Below, piece after piece: positions 1 to 8,895 of a DNA stretch of 64,000 bases. The notes under the pieces were generated by a model. It did no database searches. It worked only from the letters and a program-made list of their open reading frames with translations, and was not told the DNA's origin. This DNA comes from an uncultured virus (IMG/VR IMGVR_UViG_2938983465_000007) (Duplodnaviria; Heunggongvirae; Uroviricota; Caudoviricetes): IMG/VR virus record IMGVR_UViG_2938983465_000007. One strand, 5' to 3'. The position numbers and the translations under genes are program-made. Position 1 is the first letter of the stretch. Every line of letters begins with the position of its first letter.

Positions 1-762
1 CTACCAGTTGAAATAGATCAGTTCCCCTACCTCCTTGCCTTGCGCCCCTCCAACCGTATGCCGGAAAGGGACAGCCTTCAGGCGCAGGCCAGCGAACGCC
101 TTGCGAATGTCTGGGTGATCGTTGATTGAGATCACCATACGCCCTTTCACCGTCCGGGCTAGGTCTGCCATAGCGTGGTACTGCTCCAGCGGGAACACCC
201 CTGGCGCATACCCACTAGTCTGCCAGTAGGGTGGGTCGAGATAGAAAAGCGTCTGCTCCCGGTCATAGCGCCGAATGCAAGCCTGCCAGTCCAGATGCTC
301 GATCGTCGTCCTTGCCAGCCGCAGATGAGCCTCGCTGAGCTTTTCCTCAATGCGTAACAGATTGAGCTTCGGTGGCGTGGTAGCCGCAGTGCCGAATGTC
401 CTTCCCGTCGGCTTTGCGCCAAAGCAGAGCTGCTGCAAGTAGAAGAACCTAGCTGCCCGCTGGATATCCGTCAGGGTCTGGGGAATCTGCATGTTCGCCC
501 ACTCGAACATCTTGCGGCTGACCAGTGACCACTTGAAGTGCCGGACAAGCTCCTCGAGATGATGTGCAACGACCCGGTAGAGGTTCACCACCTCACCGTC
601 GAAATCGTTGATCACCTCGACCTTGCTTGGCTCCTTCATGAAGAAGATGGCAGCCCCACCGCAGAAGGGCTCAACGTAGCACTCATGCTCAGGGAACTCC
701 GGCAGAATGTGCTTGGCCATGCGGCGCTTGCCGCCCATCCATGGAACGATAGGTGTAGACAT
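1..762 (-). CDS. D12-class N6-adenine DNA methyltransferase (Dam-like, orphan)
   Basis: PWMGGKRR, EPFCGG (SAM-binding) and YLDPPY motifs; ATG at 762 preferred over 849 because of the AAGGA RBS and homology with the 39034 paralogue. Confidence 0.93.
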   Translation of the reverse strand: MSTPIVPWMGGKRRMAKHILPEFPEHECYVEPFCGGAAIFFMKEPSKVEVINDFDGEVVNLYRVVAHHLEELVRHFKWSLVSRKMFEWANMQIPQTLTDIQRAARFFYLQQLCFGAKPTGRTFGTAATTPPKLNLLRIEEKLSEAHLRLARTTIEHLDWQACIRRYDREQTLFYLDPPYWQTSGYAPGVFPLEQYHAMADLARTVKGRMVISINDHPDIRKAFAGLRLKAVPFRHTVGGAQGKEVGELIYFNW

Positions 763-771
763 AAGTGATCC

Positions 772-800
772 TTGTGATTGCCTTGGGTTTTGCTTAGGCT
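772..800 (+). promoter_or_regulatory. Putative sigma70 promoter for an RNA antisense to the methyltransferase leader
   Basis: TTGTGA-N17-TAGGCT; the same TAGGCT box is at the equivalent position at 39069-39074. Confidence 0.5.
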
Positions 801-806
801 TCACAC

Positions 807-915
807 CCCCTGCGCAGAGGGGCGAGGCCTTGGTTGGATCACTCGGCATGCTCGAGTGCTTCGACGGCGCGCCCGTGTTGGCGCACAGGCGCGTCGCCTC
901 GTTTCTGCGCAGGGG
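807..915 (+). ncRNA. Putative structured antisense RNA / methyltransferase leader element (copy A)
   Basis: Closing stem 807-828/896-915 enclosing two hairpins; one contains GTGTTGGCGCAC; architecture shared with 39081-39189. Confidence 0.55.
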
Positions 916-917
916 AC

Positions 918-1973
918 TTACTTCACCCCCGGCGCGTCGAATGGCGCGAACCTCACGACCTCTTCCCCGATCAGCTCATTGACCTGCTGCAGGCGCGCCT
1001 GCATTGGCTCGAGTTCCAGGCTGGCCCAGACCGCTGCCGCGTCGCTGATGGATCCGAACCCACCAGCGTTCTGCGGCACCACCCCCATCAGCTGCGGATA
1101 GACCCGTAGGCCGGCGAGCTGGTCGTCGCGGCTGATGTTCTTGATCGAGCCGAACTCGTCCTTGGCCGCCACCTCGCTGACCGGGATCAGTTGGATCCCC
1201 TCCTTCTTCCCGTTCGGCGCGTAGACGAACAGGTTGCGGAAATTGCCAGGCCCCTTCGCAGTCTTCAGCGCCGTGCGCAGCGCGTCGATGTCTTCCTCGT
1301 TCTGTGCGGCGTCGGTCATGTAGAGGATGAAGCCGGCGTGGCTCCCGTTGTTGTAGTACTTACGCCGGAACAGCGTGGCCGACTCGTTCAGCAGGGCGCT
1401 CTGCAGGGCGCAGAACCACTCCGGCACTCCGTAGATTTCCTGATTGATGTCGGCCTCGCGCAGCTGGATCACGCTGCCCTTCTCGAATTCGTGCTCATCC
1501 GTCCAGCTGCGCACCTGGTAGAACGTCTCCAGATCGGTGCCGCGGCGCATGTACTTGGCCAGCGGCGCCTGCAGCGGCATCCGCGTACCCAGGCGAGAAC
1601 GAGGCTGCTCGAGGTATGCCGAGCCGAATGTCAGCCAGTCCAGGGAGAACTGCTCGAACGTCGCCCGGCTGAGCAGGCGGTGCGGGATGAAGGTCTTGGC
1701 CAGCATGTTGCGCTTGAACTTCAGGCCCGACTGCAGGTAAACGCTCGACCCCACCGACTTGGCCAGCCCCTCCATGGACAGCGGCGGCTCGTACCACCGC
1801 CCGTTCGACCAGCACTCGAGATAGTCGAGGATGCCCCGGCCGTCGAGCACCGGCATCGGGTCACCGAAGGTGAAGGCCTCGGCACGGCCACCCTGGCGCG
1901 GGATGAACTCGCCTTCCTGGGCGGACTGGACTGTAACTGGCTGCTGGCGGCGGTGGCTGCGACGTTTGCTCAT
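918..1973 (-). CDS. Q: Portal protein (P2 gpQ / PBSX family)
   Basis: AFTFGDP, WYEPP, YYNNGSHAGFILY and SEVAAKDEF motifs of P2 gpQ. Confidence 0.95.
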   Translation of the reverse strand: MSKRRSHRRQQPVTVQSAQEGEFIPRQGGRAEAFTFGDPMPVLDGRGILDYLECWSNGRWYEPPLSMEGLAKSVGSSVYLQSGLKFKRNMLAKTFIPHRLLSRATFEQFSLDWLTFGSAYLEQPRSRLGTRMPLQAPLAKYMRRGTDLETFYQVRSWTDEHEFEKGSVIQLREADINQEIYGVPEWFCALQSALLNESATLFRRKYYNNGSHAGFILYMTDAAQNEEDIDALRTALKTAKGPGNFRNLFVYAPNGKKEGIQLIPVSEVAAKDEFGSIKNISRDDQLAGLRVYPQLMGVVPQNAGGFGSISDAAAVWASLELEPMQARLQQVNELIGEEVVRFAPFDAPGVK

Positions 1974-3733
1974 CCGAAAATCTCCATGCGGCCGGTATTC
2001 GCGGGGGTCTGCCCCTCGAGCGGCTCGTTCTGCAATGCGTGGAATAGCGCCCAGGCCAGATCGGCGTGGCCGGTGTTGTCGTTGCGGCCGGCGGTATAGG
2101 TGAACTGGCGCCCACCGGCCGTGATGGTCTTGCGGATAGCCATCAGCGCCTGGGCCAGGTCGGTCCAGCCGGCGTCGAATTCGAGGCGGCCGTTCTTGAT
2201 CACTGACCAGGCCTTCATGACCAACTGCGTCTTCACCTCGGGCGAGTAGCTGAAGGTGCGCACCCCCGGGAAGAACTGGCGCACCAGCTGCGCGACGCCA
2301 GAGCCCATGCCGGTGGTGTCGACGCCGATGTAGGTGACCCAGTAGCGCTGGGTCACCTTGCGGATGAACTCGGCCTGTTCGGCGAAGTCCTTGCCGCGGA
2401 ATTGATGGCGCTCCAGCACGCGGAACTTGCCGCCCGGTACCGCCGGCGGCGCCACCACCACCAGACCCGCGGTGTCGCCCGTCTCGGCGGGGTCATAGCC
2501 CAGCCACACCTGGCGATCACCGAACGGCCGCGGCGCGAACGGCTTGTAGTCCTCCGACCACAGGTCCCAGCTATCGACCATGCACGGCTGCAGCATGGTC
2601 AGCGGGAAAATGCTCGCGCCGTCGTCGACGAACTGGCACATCAGCAGGTTCTGGAAAGCCTCGGCGTCGTACTCGAGACGCAGCTCGTCGATGTCGAACA
2701 GGTCGCAGCCACGGGCCTCGGCATCGAGGATGGTGACGATCTGGCGCCAGATGCGGTCCTCGCACAGCCGCCCTTGCTGCAGGGCGTCATGACTTACGTC
2801 GATCTTGATGCGATCGGCGGCCGGCTTGCCCTTGTTGAAGCGCTCGCCAGTCCAGAATGTGTAGGCCTCATGCGCCATCGAGCTGGGCGTCGAGAAATAG
2901 GTCCGGCGGTAGCGCTTCTGCATCGCCATACCGCTGGCGACCTTGTTCAGTTCCTTGAACTTGAACGTCCAGAAGAACTCGTCGAAGTAGAAGTTACCGT
3001 GGTAGCCCTGGGCAGTCCGCGCGTTGGTACCGAGGAAGTGCAGTTCCGCGCCGTTCGGCAGGATGATCGGGTCGCCCTTCAGTTCGACACCTACCGCATC
3101 GCGCGCGAAGGCCTGGATATACGCCTTGAAGATGTGCGCCTGGGCCTTGCTGGCCGACAGGAATATCTGGTTGCGCCCGGTTTCCAGCGCGTCGATCAGC
3201 GCCTCGCGGGCGAAGTAGAACGTGGCGCCGATCTGCCGCGACTTGAGAATCACGCGGGTTCGCTGATTGCCCGCGCGGTACCAGTCTTTCTGGTAGTCGA
3301 AGCAACCGTCGAGGAAGGCCTCGACCAGTTTCTCGGTCAGTTCCTCGCTGATGTCGTTGCGCTTCGGTTTGCGCTTGGGACCTTCGTTACGCTTGGCAAG
3401 CTCGGGGTTCAGGTCGGTTTCCGTACCACCGCCCTGGTAGCGCTGGATCCGCGCCTGGCGCTCAAGCTGCCGATGCAGCAGGTCGATTTCCTTGTAGTCA
3501 CCGCCGGTCTTGCCGTCCTTCAGGATCAACTGAACCAACCGGGCTTCCAGGGCGCCCCCGATCCGTTCTACGCTGTCGGCCCGATCCCATCCGTCGCGGT
3601 CCTTCCATGAGTGAAGGGTCTTGTCCTTCTCGCCCAGGTGATCGGCGATGTCGCAGACACGCCACCCCATCCAGTACAGGAATTTGGCCTGGCGGCGGTT
3701 GTCACGGATGGGAATTTCGACGGCAGCGTTCAT
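1970..3733 (-). CDS. P: Terminase ATPase subunit (P2 gpP)
   Basis: LKSRQIGAT Walker A-like motif, YFDEFFW Walker B, GYDPA nuclease motif, HADLAWA. Confidence 0.95.
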   Translation of the reverse strand: MNAAVEIPIRDNRRQAKFLYWMGWRVCDIADHLGEKDKTLHSWKDRDGWDRADSVERIGGALEARLVQLILKDGKTGGDYKEIDLLHRQLERQARIQRYQGGGTETDLNPELAKRNEGPKRKPKRNDISEELTEKLVEAFLDGCFDYQKDWYRAGNQRTRVILKSRQIGATFYFAREALIDALETGRNQIFLSASKAQAHIFKAYIQAFARDAVGVELKGDPIILPNGAELHFLGTNARTAQGYHGNFYFDEFFWTFKFKELNKVASGMAMQKRYRRTYFSTPSSMAHEAYTFWTGERFNKGKPAADRIKIDVSHDALQQGRLCEDRIWRQIVTILDAEARGCDLFDIDELRLEYDAEAFQNLLMCQFVDDGASIFPLTMLQPCMVDSWDLWSEDYKPFAPRPFGDRQVWLGYDPAETGDTAGLVVVAPPAVPGGKFRVLERHQFRGKDFAEQAEFIRKVTQRYWVTYIGVDTTGMGSGVAQLVRQFFPGVRTFSYSPEVKTQLVMKAWSVIKNGRLEFDAGWTDLAQALMAIRKTITAGGRQFTYTAGRNDNTGHADLAWALFHALQNEPLEGQTPANTGRMEIFG

Positions 3734-3779
3734 GGCGCAGATGCTGCCGCCCACCCTCGCCCCTCAGTAGCGCCGCCCC

Positions 3780-3830
3780 TTGTAGCTCCGCGCCCTACAA
3801 TCCCGCTTGATTGCTGGGCCGCGCGCGCGT
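3780..3830. promoter_or_regulatory. Ogr-dependent late promoter element between P and O
   Basis: TTGTAG-N9-CTACAA palindrome (3780-3800) plus a CCGCGCGCGCG box; the same pair recurs upstream of V and FI. Confidence 0.7.
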
Positions 3831-3888
3831 CCCGAACATGCCCCTCATTGCCATGCACCCCGCATCAGCCGCATTGAGGACTCCCGGC

Positions 3889-4710
3889 ATGAAGAAATTC
3901 CGCAGCAAATGGTTCCGCATCGCCGTCGAAGGGGCGACCACGGACGGCCGCAACATCGAGCGCGACTGGATCGAGCAGATGGCCGCGCAGTACGACCCGA
4001 ACACCTACGGCGCGCGGATCAACTGCGAGCACATCAAGTGGGCCTGGCCGGCTGGTGAGTTCGGCGCCTATGGCGACGTGCTGGCGTGCAAGGCGGAAGA
4101 GATCGACATCAACGGGCAGAAGAAGCTCGCCCTCTTCGCCCAACTGGAGCCCAACCAGGCGCTGCTGGAACTGAACAAGCAGCGGCAGAAGGTCTACACC
4201 TCGGTCGAGATCGATCCCAAGTTCGCCGACACCGGCAAGGCCTACTTGGTCGGCCTGGCCATCACCGACTCACCCGCCAGCCTGGGCACCGAGGCGCTGT
4301 CCTTCAGCGCCAAGAACGGGACCCTCGCCAGCCGCAAGACCAACCCCGACACCCTATTCAGCGCTGCCGAAGAGGGCACACTCGAATTCGAGGAATACGA
4401 GGACAAACCCTCGGTCGGCGCAGCGCTGTTCACCAAGGTCAAGGAACTGCTCAAGGGCAAGGAAGCCCGCACCCAAGCCGAGTTCGGCCAGGTCGGCGAG
4501 GCCGTCGAAGCGATCGCCGAGCACAGCCGCGACCTTGGCGAGCAACTCGGCGAGCAGAAGAAGCAGACCCAGCAACTGGCCAGCCAGTTGGACAAGGTCA
4601 CCAAGGAACTGGCAGACCTCAAGAGCACCCTCGATAGCACCCGGGACCACAGCCAACAGCAGCGGCCCCCGGTCACCGGTGGCGGCAGTGTCGCCCTGAC
4701 CGACTGCTAA
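3889..4710 (+). CDS. O: Capsid scaffolding protein/protease (gpO)
   Basis: RIAVEGATTDGR, YLVGLAITDSPASLGTE. Confidence 0.93.
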   Translation: MKKFRSKWFRIAVEGATTDGRNIERDWIEQMAAQYDPNTYGARINCEHIKWAWPAGEFGAYGDVLACKAEEIDINGQKKLALFAQLEPNQALLELNKQRQKVYTSVEIDPKFADTGKAYLVGLAITDSPASLGTEALSFSAKNGTLASRKTNPDTLFSAAEEGTLEFEEYEDKPSVGAALFTKVKELLKGKEARTQAEFGQVGEAVEAIAEHSRDLGEQLGEQKKQTQQLASQLDKVTKELADLKSTLDSTRDHSQQQRPPVTGGGSVALTDC

Positions 4711-4745
4711 CCGTCCCCCGCCCCGGTATCCAAAGGAAAAGCACC

Positions 4746-5762
4746 ATGCGCAACGAAACCCGCAAACAGTTTGACGCCTACCTGGCGCAGCTCGCCAAGC
4801 TCAACGGCGTGAACTCCGCCGTCCAGACCTTCGCCGTCGAGCCGAGTGTCCAGCAGAAGCTGGAGCAACGTATTCAGGAGTCCAGCGAGTTCCTGAAGCA
4901 GATCAACGTCTACGGCGTCGACGAACTGCAAGGCGAGAAGATCGGCATCGGCGTCAGCGGCACCATCGCCAGCCGTACCGATACTACTGGCGACGGTGTA
5001 CGCAAGCCACGCGACGTGTCCGCGCTCGACAACCAGCGCTACGAGTGCAAGCACACCGATTTCGACACCGCCATCACCTACGCCATGCTCGACGCCTGGG
5101 CCAAGTTCCCGGAGTTCCAGGCCCTGCTGCGCGACGCGATCCTCAAGCGCCAGGCCCTCGACCGCCTGATGATCGGCTTCAACGGCACCAGCGCCGCGGC
5201 TACCACCAACCGCGCCGCCAACCCGCTGTTGCAGGACGTGAACATTGGCTGGTTCCAGCAGTACCGCAACAACGCTCCGGCACGGGTACTGAAGGAAGGG
5301 AAGACCGCCGGCAAGGTGGTAGTCGGCAACGGCGCCGACGCCGACTACAAGAACCTCGACGCCCTGGTGTTCGACGTGGTCAGCAGCCTGATCGATCCCT
5401 GGCACCGCCGCGACCCGGGCCTGGTAGTGATCCTCGGCCGCGAGCTGGTCCACGACAAGTACTTCCCGATGGTGAACAAGGACCAGCCGGCAACCGAGAA
5501 GATCGCCACCGACCTCATCCTGTCGCAGAAGCGCATGGGCGGCCTGCCGCCGGTGGAAGTGCCCTACGTGCCCGAGAAGGGCCTCATGGTCACCACCCTG
5601 AAGAACCTGTCGCTCTACTGGCAGATCGGCGGTCGCCGCCGTTACCTGAAGGAGGTACCGGAGAAGAACCGCATCGAGAACTACGAGTCCAGCAACGACG
5701 CCTACGTCGTCGAGGACTACGGCCTCGGCTGCCTGGTCGAGAACATCGAAGTCGCGGAGTAG
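4746..5762 (+). CDS. N: Major capsid protein (gpN)
   Basis: MRNETR, FAVEPSVQQKLE, LDRLMIGFNG, NPLLQDVNIGW. Confidence 0.95.
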   Translation: MRNETRKQFDAYLAQLAKLNGVNSAVQTFAVEPSVQQKLEQRIQESSEFLKQINVYGVDELQGEKIGIGVSGTIASRTDTTGDGVRKPRDVSALDNQRYECKHTDFDTAITYAMLDAWAKFPEFQALLRDAILKRQALDRLMIGFNGTSAAATTNRAANPLLQDVNIGWFQQYRNNAPARVLKEGKTAGKVVVGNGADADYKNLDALVFDVVSSLIDPWHRRDPGLVVILGRELVHDKYFPMVNKDQPATEKIATDLILSQKRMGGLPPVEVPYVPEKGLMVTTLKNLSLYWQIGGRRRYLKEVPEKNRIENYESSNDAYVVEDYGLGCLVENIEVAE

Positions 5763-5767
5763 ATGAC

Positions 5768-6469
5768 ATGGCCTTCAGTCCCGCCAAGGCGCACTTCCTG
5801 CGCGTGACCGCCGCTCAAGAGGCGGCGGCCACTGCCCCGCACCAGGGCATGGAAGGCGCGAACGCCTATGAGCTGCAGCTCGCCCAGCTGTATCAGGATC
5901 GCAGCCGCCTGAAGAACATCCAATCCGGCGAAGGCAAGGCAGCGCTCAAGGTCGAGCTGCTGCCTGCCTACCAGCCGTACATTTCCGGCGTGCTGCAGGC
6001 CGGCAAGGGCGCCCAGGACGAGGTGATCACCACCGTCATGCTCTGGCGCATCGATGCCGGCGATTACGCCGGCGCCCTGGACATCGCCGACTACGTCCTC
6101 GCACACGACCTGGTCATGCCCGACCGCTTCGCGCGTACCGCCGGCTGCGTCATCGCCGAAGAGATCGCCGAGGCCGCGCTCAAGGCACAGAAGACCGGCG
6201 GTAGCTTCGACCTTGCGACCTTGCATCGCACCCTCCTGCTCACCGACCAGGCCGACATGCCCGACGAAGCCCGCGCGAAACTCTACCTCGCCGCCGGCCA
6301 TGCCACCCTGGAAGGCCTTTCTGTGGAGAGTCCCGGTCAACCCGGGCAGGTGCAAGCCGGCATCGATCTGCTCAAGCGCGCGATCCAGCTGCACGACAAG
6401 TGCGGCGGGAAGAAGGATTTGGAGGCCGCAGAACGGCTCCAGAAGAAACTGACCGCCTCTGGCGGTTGA
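5768..6469 (+). CDS. M: Terminase endonuclease subunit (gpM)
   Basis: SPAKAH, QDEVITTVMLWRIDAGDY, DMPDEARAKL; position after N. Confidence 0.9.
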   Translation: MAFSPAKAHFLRVTAAQEAAATAPHQGMEGANAYELQLAQLYQDRSRLKNIQSGEGKAALKVELLPAYQPYISGVLQAGKGAQDEVITTVMLWRIDAGDYAGALDIADYVLAHDLVMPDRFARTAGCVIAEEIAEAALKAQKTGGSFDLATLHRTLLLTDQADMPDEARAKLYLAAGHATLEGLSVESPGQPGQVQAGIDLLKRAIQLHDKCGGKKDLEAAERLQKKLTASGG

Positions 6470-6572
6470 CCGAGCGTACCCCGCGCACCGCCGGCTCGGG
6501 GCCGATCTGCCAGGTCCTCTCCTTCCTGAGCAGTGACGCCCCGACCACCGGCGACCTCAAGCGAGCAGCAGC

Positions 6573-7034
6573 ATGAGCGGATTCATCGCCAACGGCCCGG
6601 TCCCGAGCGGGCACATCAACAGCGATCCCTTCTGGCCCACCATCGAGCTCGAGCATGTGCGGGAGAACCTGCGCATCGACTCCAGCGTCGACCCGGCGCG
6701 CCTCGAAGTCGCGGTCATTGCCGCGGTGATCAGCGTCAACCGCGAGCTGCGGACCTGGCGCCTTGAGAAGACCGCGGCCGGCTATGCCGAACTCGCCGAA
6801 GTGCCGTCCGACAAGGTCCGGGACACCTCCGAACTGGTGCAGCTGTATCTGCGCGCAGTGCAGTCTGCCACCGCCGCCGAAGTGGCCGAGCGCTACCGCT
6901 GGTACGACACCACCACCAGCGGCAACGACAAGGCCCAGGACATCGCAACCACCATCGACGACTACCGCCGCGACCAGCGCTGGGCGATCCGCGACTTTCT
7001 CAAGCGTCCCCGCACGACGGTGGAGCTGATCTGA
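6573..7034 (+). CDS. L: Head completion protein (gpL)
   Basis: FWPTI, AVISVNREL, RWAIRD...TVELI C-terminus. Confidence 0.9.
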   Translation: MSGFIANGPVPSGHINSDPFWPTIELEHVRENLRIDSSVDPARLEVAVIAAVISVNRELRTWRLEKTAAGYAELAEVPSDKVRDTSELVQLYLRAVQSATAAEVAERYRWYDTTTSGNDKAQDIATTIDDYRRDQRWAIRDFLKRPRTTVELI

Positions 7035-7231
7035 TGAACGAGCCAAAGATCATCGACTGGAACGAAATTTCCCGTTTGGGGCTTCTGGAACGCATCAACC
7101 GGGAAATCATGCACCCGCTCGGCTATGCCGTGTGCCGCGAGGTAGAAACCGGCCGCTCCCCAGGCGCGCTCGTCTCGGACGACGGACCGTTCGTTTATCC
7201 CGATCAGCTCAAGCACCAGGAGTGCAACTAA
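7034..7231 (+). CDS. Small hypothetical protein inserted between L and X
   Basis: 65 aa ORF overlapping both neighbours by one base (TGATG, TAATG). Confidence 0.7.
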   Translation: MNEPKIIDWNEISRLGLLERINREIMHPLGYAVCREVETGRSPGALVSDDGPFVYPDQLKHQECN

Positions 7232-7440
7232 TGGCCACCGTGATCGCCAACCAGAGCGACACCGTCGAAGCCATCTGCTGGCGGTACTACGGCCGCACCG
7301 CCGGCGTGACCGAGGCGGTCCTTGAGGCGAACCGCGGCCTGGCCGACCACGGCCCCACCCTCCCCCCAGGCCTCAAGGTCACCATGCCGGACATTCCGAC
7401 AGCCGCCCCGGAACGGCAGATGGTGAACCTATGGGACTGA
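7231..7440 (+). CDS. X: Tail protein X
   Basis: DTVEAICWRYYG, VLEANRGLA, VNLWD. Confidence 0.9.
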   Translation: MATVIANQSDTVEAICWRYYGRTAGVTEAVLEANRGLADHGPTLPPGLKVTMPDIPTAAPERQMVNLWD

Positions 7441-7464
7441 CCACTTTGCAAGGAACCACCCCGC

Positions 7465-7818
7465 ATGGCTGACCTCACCACCACCGCCACGGCCGGCGCC
7501 ATCATGGGCCTCGGCCTGGGCGTAACCCTTCCGGTCGACGGCGGCATGCTGTTCGGCGCCCTGCTCGGCGCCTGGCTGGCCACCGGCACGAAGCAGGACC
7601 TGAAGGCCTGGTCGCGCCTGCTGTCGCTGATCCTGCCGACCTGCGTCGGCTACCTGTTCGCCGATGTCGCCCTCGCCCGTGTGCCCTGGCTGACCAACCT
7701 GGCCTTCTCTGCCTTCGTCTGCGCCCTGGTGGTCATTCCTCTCAGCCTCAAGGCGGTCGCCTGGGTCGACAAGGTCGACTTCGACGACCTCTGGCGCCGC
7801 ATCCGAGGAGGTCGCTGA
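7465..7818 (+). CDS. Putative holin
   Basis: Multiple hydrophobic segments, FGALLGA motif, upstream of the endolysin. Confidence 0.75.
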   Translation: MADLTTTATAGAIMGLGLGVTLPVDGGMLFGALLGAWLATGTKQDLKAWSRLLSLILPTCVGYLFADVALARVPWLTNLAFSAFVCALVVIPLSLKAVAWVDKVDFDDLWRRIRGGR

Positions 7819-7819
7819 C

Positions 7820-8092
7820 ATGCTCATGACTACCGTTCCATTGATCGCCGCCCTGGCCTACATCGCCGCCGCGCTGCGCCTGGTCTGCTACCAGCGCTGC
7901 GGCGCCCGCTTCCGCCGCAGCGTCTCGTTGCTCGCCAGCCTGCTCGGCGCATCCATGGCCATCTGCGGCCTGGAAATCCTGCTCTACCGCCCACCGGTCA
8001 GTATCTGGCACGCCATCGTCGCCGCCCTGCTGTGCCTGCTGATCTTCCGTTCCCGCGGCAACGTCGCCGCCCTGCTGAGGCCATCCGCATGA
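7820..8092 (+). CDS. Putative holin-family membrane protein
   Basis: Three hydrophobic segments, YQRxGAR and RGNVA motifs. Confidence 0.75.
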   Translation: MLMTTVPLIAALAYIAAALRLVCYQRCGARFRRSVSLLASLLGASMAICGLEILLYRPPVSIWHAIVAALLCLLIFRSRGNVAALLRPSA

Positions 8093-8895
8093 CCCTTCGA
8101 TATGGTGATCGTTCTCAAGAGGTCCGCCAGCTTCAGCGTCGACTGAACACCTGGGCCGGCGCCAACCTCTACGAGGACGGCCACTTCGGCGCCGCCACCG
8201 AGGATGTGGTGCGCGCCTTCCAGCGCTCGCATGGCCTGGTCGCCGATGGCATCGCCGGCCCGAAGACCCTGGCCGCCCTCGGCGGCGCTGACTGCTCGCA
8301 CCTGCTGCAGAACGCCGACCTCGTCGCCGCTGGAGCTCGCCTCGGCCTACCGCTGGCGACGATCTATGCGGTCAACCAGGTCGAGTCGAACGGCCAGGGG
8401 TTTCTGGGCAACGGCAAGCCGGCAATCCTGTTCGAACGCCACATCATGTACCGCCGTCTCGCCGCCCACGATCAGGTCACCGCCGACCAGTTAGCCGCAC
8501 AGTTCCCCGCGCTGGTGAATCCTCGCCCGGGCGGCTATGCCGGCGGAACCGCCGAGCACCAGCGCCTGGCGAACGCTCGCCAGATCGACGATACCGCCGC
8601 CCTGGAGTCGGCTAGTTGGGGCGCCTTCCAGATCATGGGTTTCCACTGGCAACGCCTGGGCTACGTCAGCGTGCAGGCCTTCGCCGAGGCCATGGGGCGC
8701 AGCGAGTCAGCCCAGTTCGAAGCGTTCGTCCGCTTCATCGACACCGACCCGGCGCTACACAAGGCGCTGAAGGCTCGCAAATGGGCCGACTTCGCCCGCC
8801 TCTACAACGGCCCCGACTACAAGCGGAACCTCTACGACACCAAGCTCGCGCGGGCCTACGAGCAACACGCCAACTGCGCCGAGGCCAGCACGTGA
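8089..8895 (+). CDS. Modular endolysin (peptidoglycan-binding domain + N-acetylmuramidase)
   Basis: DGHFGAAT/DGIAGPKT PG-binding repeats; VES, ILFERH, ASWGAFQIMGF, YNGP. Confidence 0.92.
   Translation: MTLRYGDRSQEVRQLQRRLNTWAGANLYEDGHFGAATEDVVRAFQRSHGLVADGIAGPKTLAALGGADCSHLLQNADLVAAGARLGLPLATIYAVNQVESNGQGFLGNGKPAILFERHIMYRRLAAHDQVTADQLAAQFPALVNPRPGGYAGGTAEHQRLANARQIDDTAALESASWGAFQIMGFHWQRLGYVSVQAFAEAMGRSESAQFEAFVRFIDTDPALHKALKARKWADFARLYNGPDYKRNLYDTKLARAYEQHANCAEAST

Noticed and set aside
763..849. N-terminal extension of the first methyltransferase (ATG at 849)
   Set aside because: The paralogue starts at the MSTP/MTSP position, the RBS precedes 762, and the extension runs through the structured leader
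1..917. ctx cytotoxin gene
   Set aside because: Not present in the window; sequence further left is unseen
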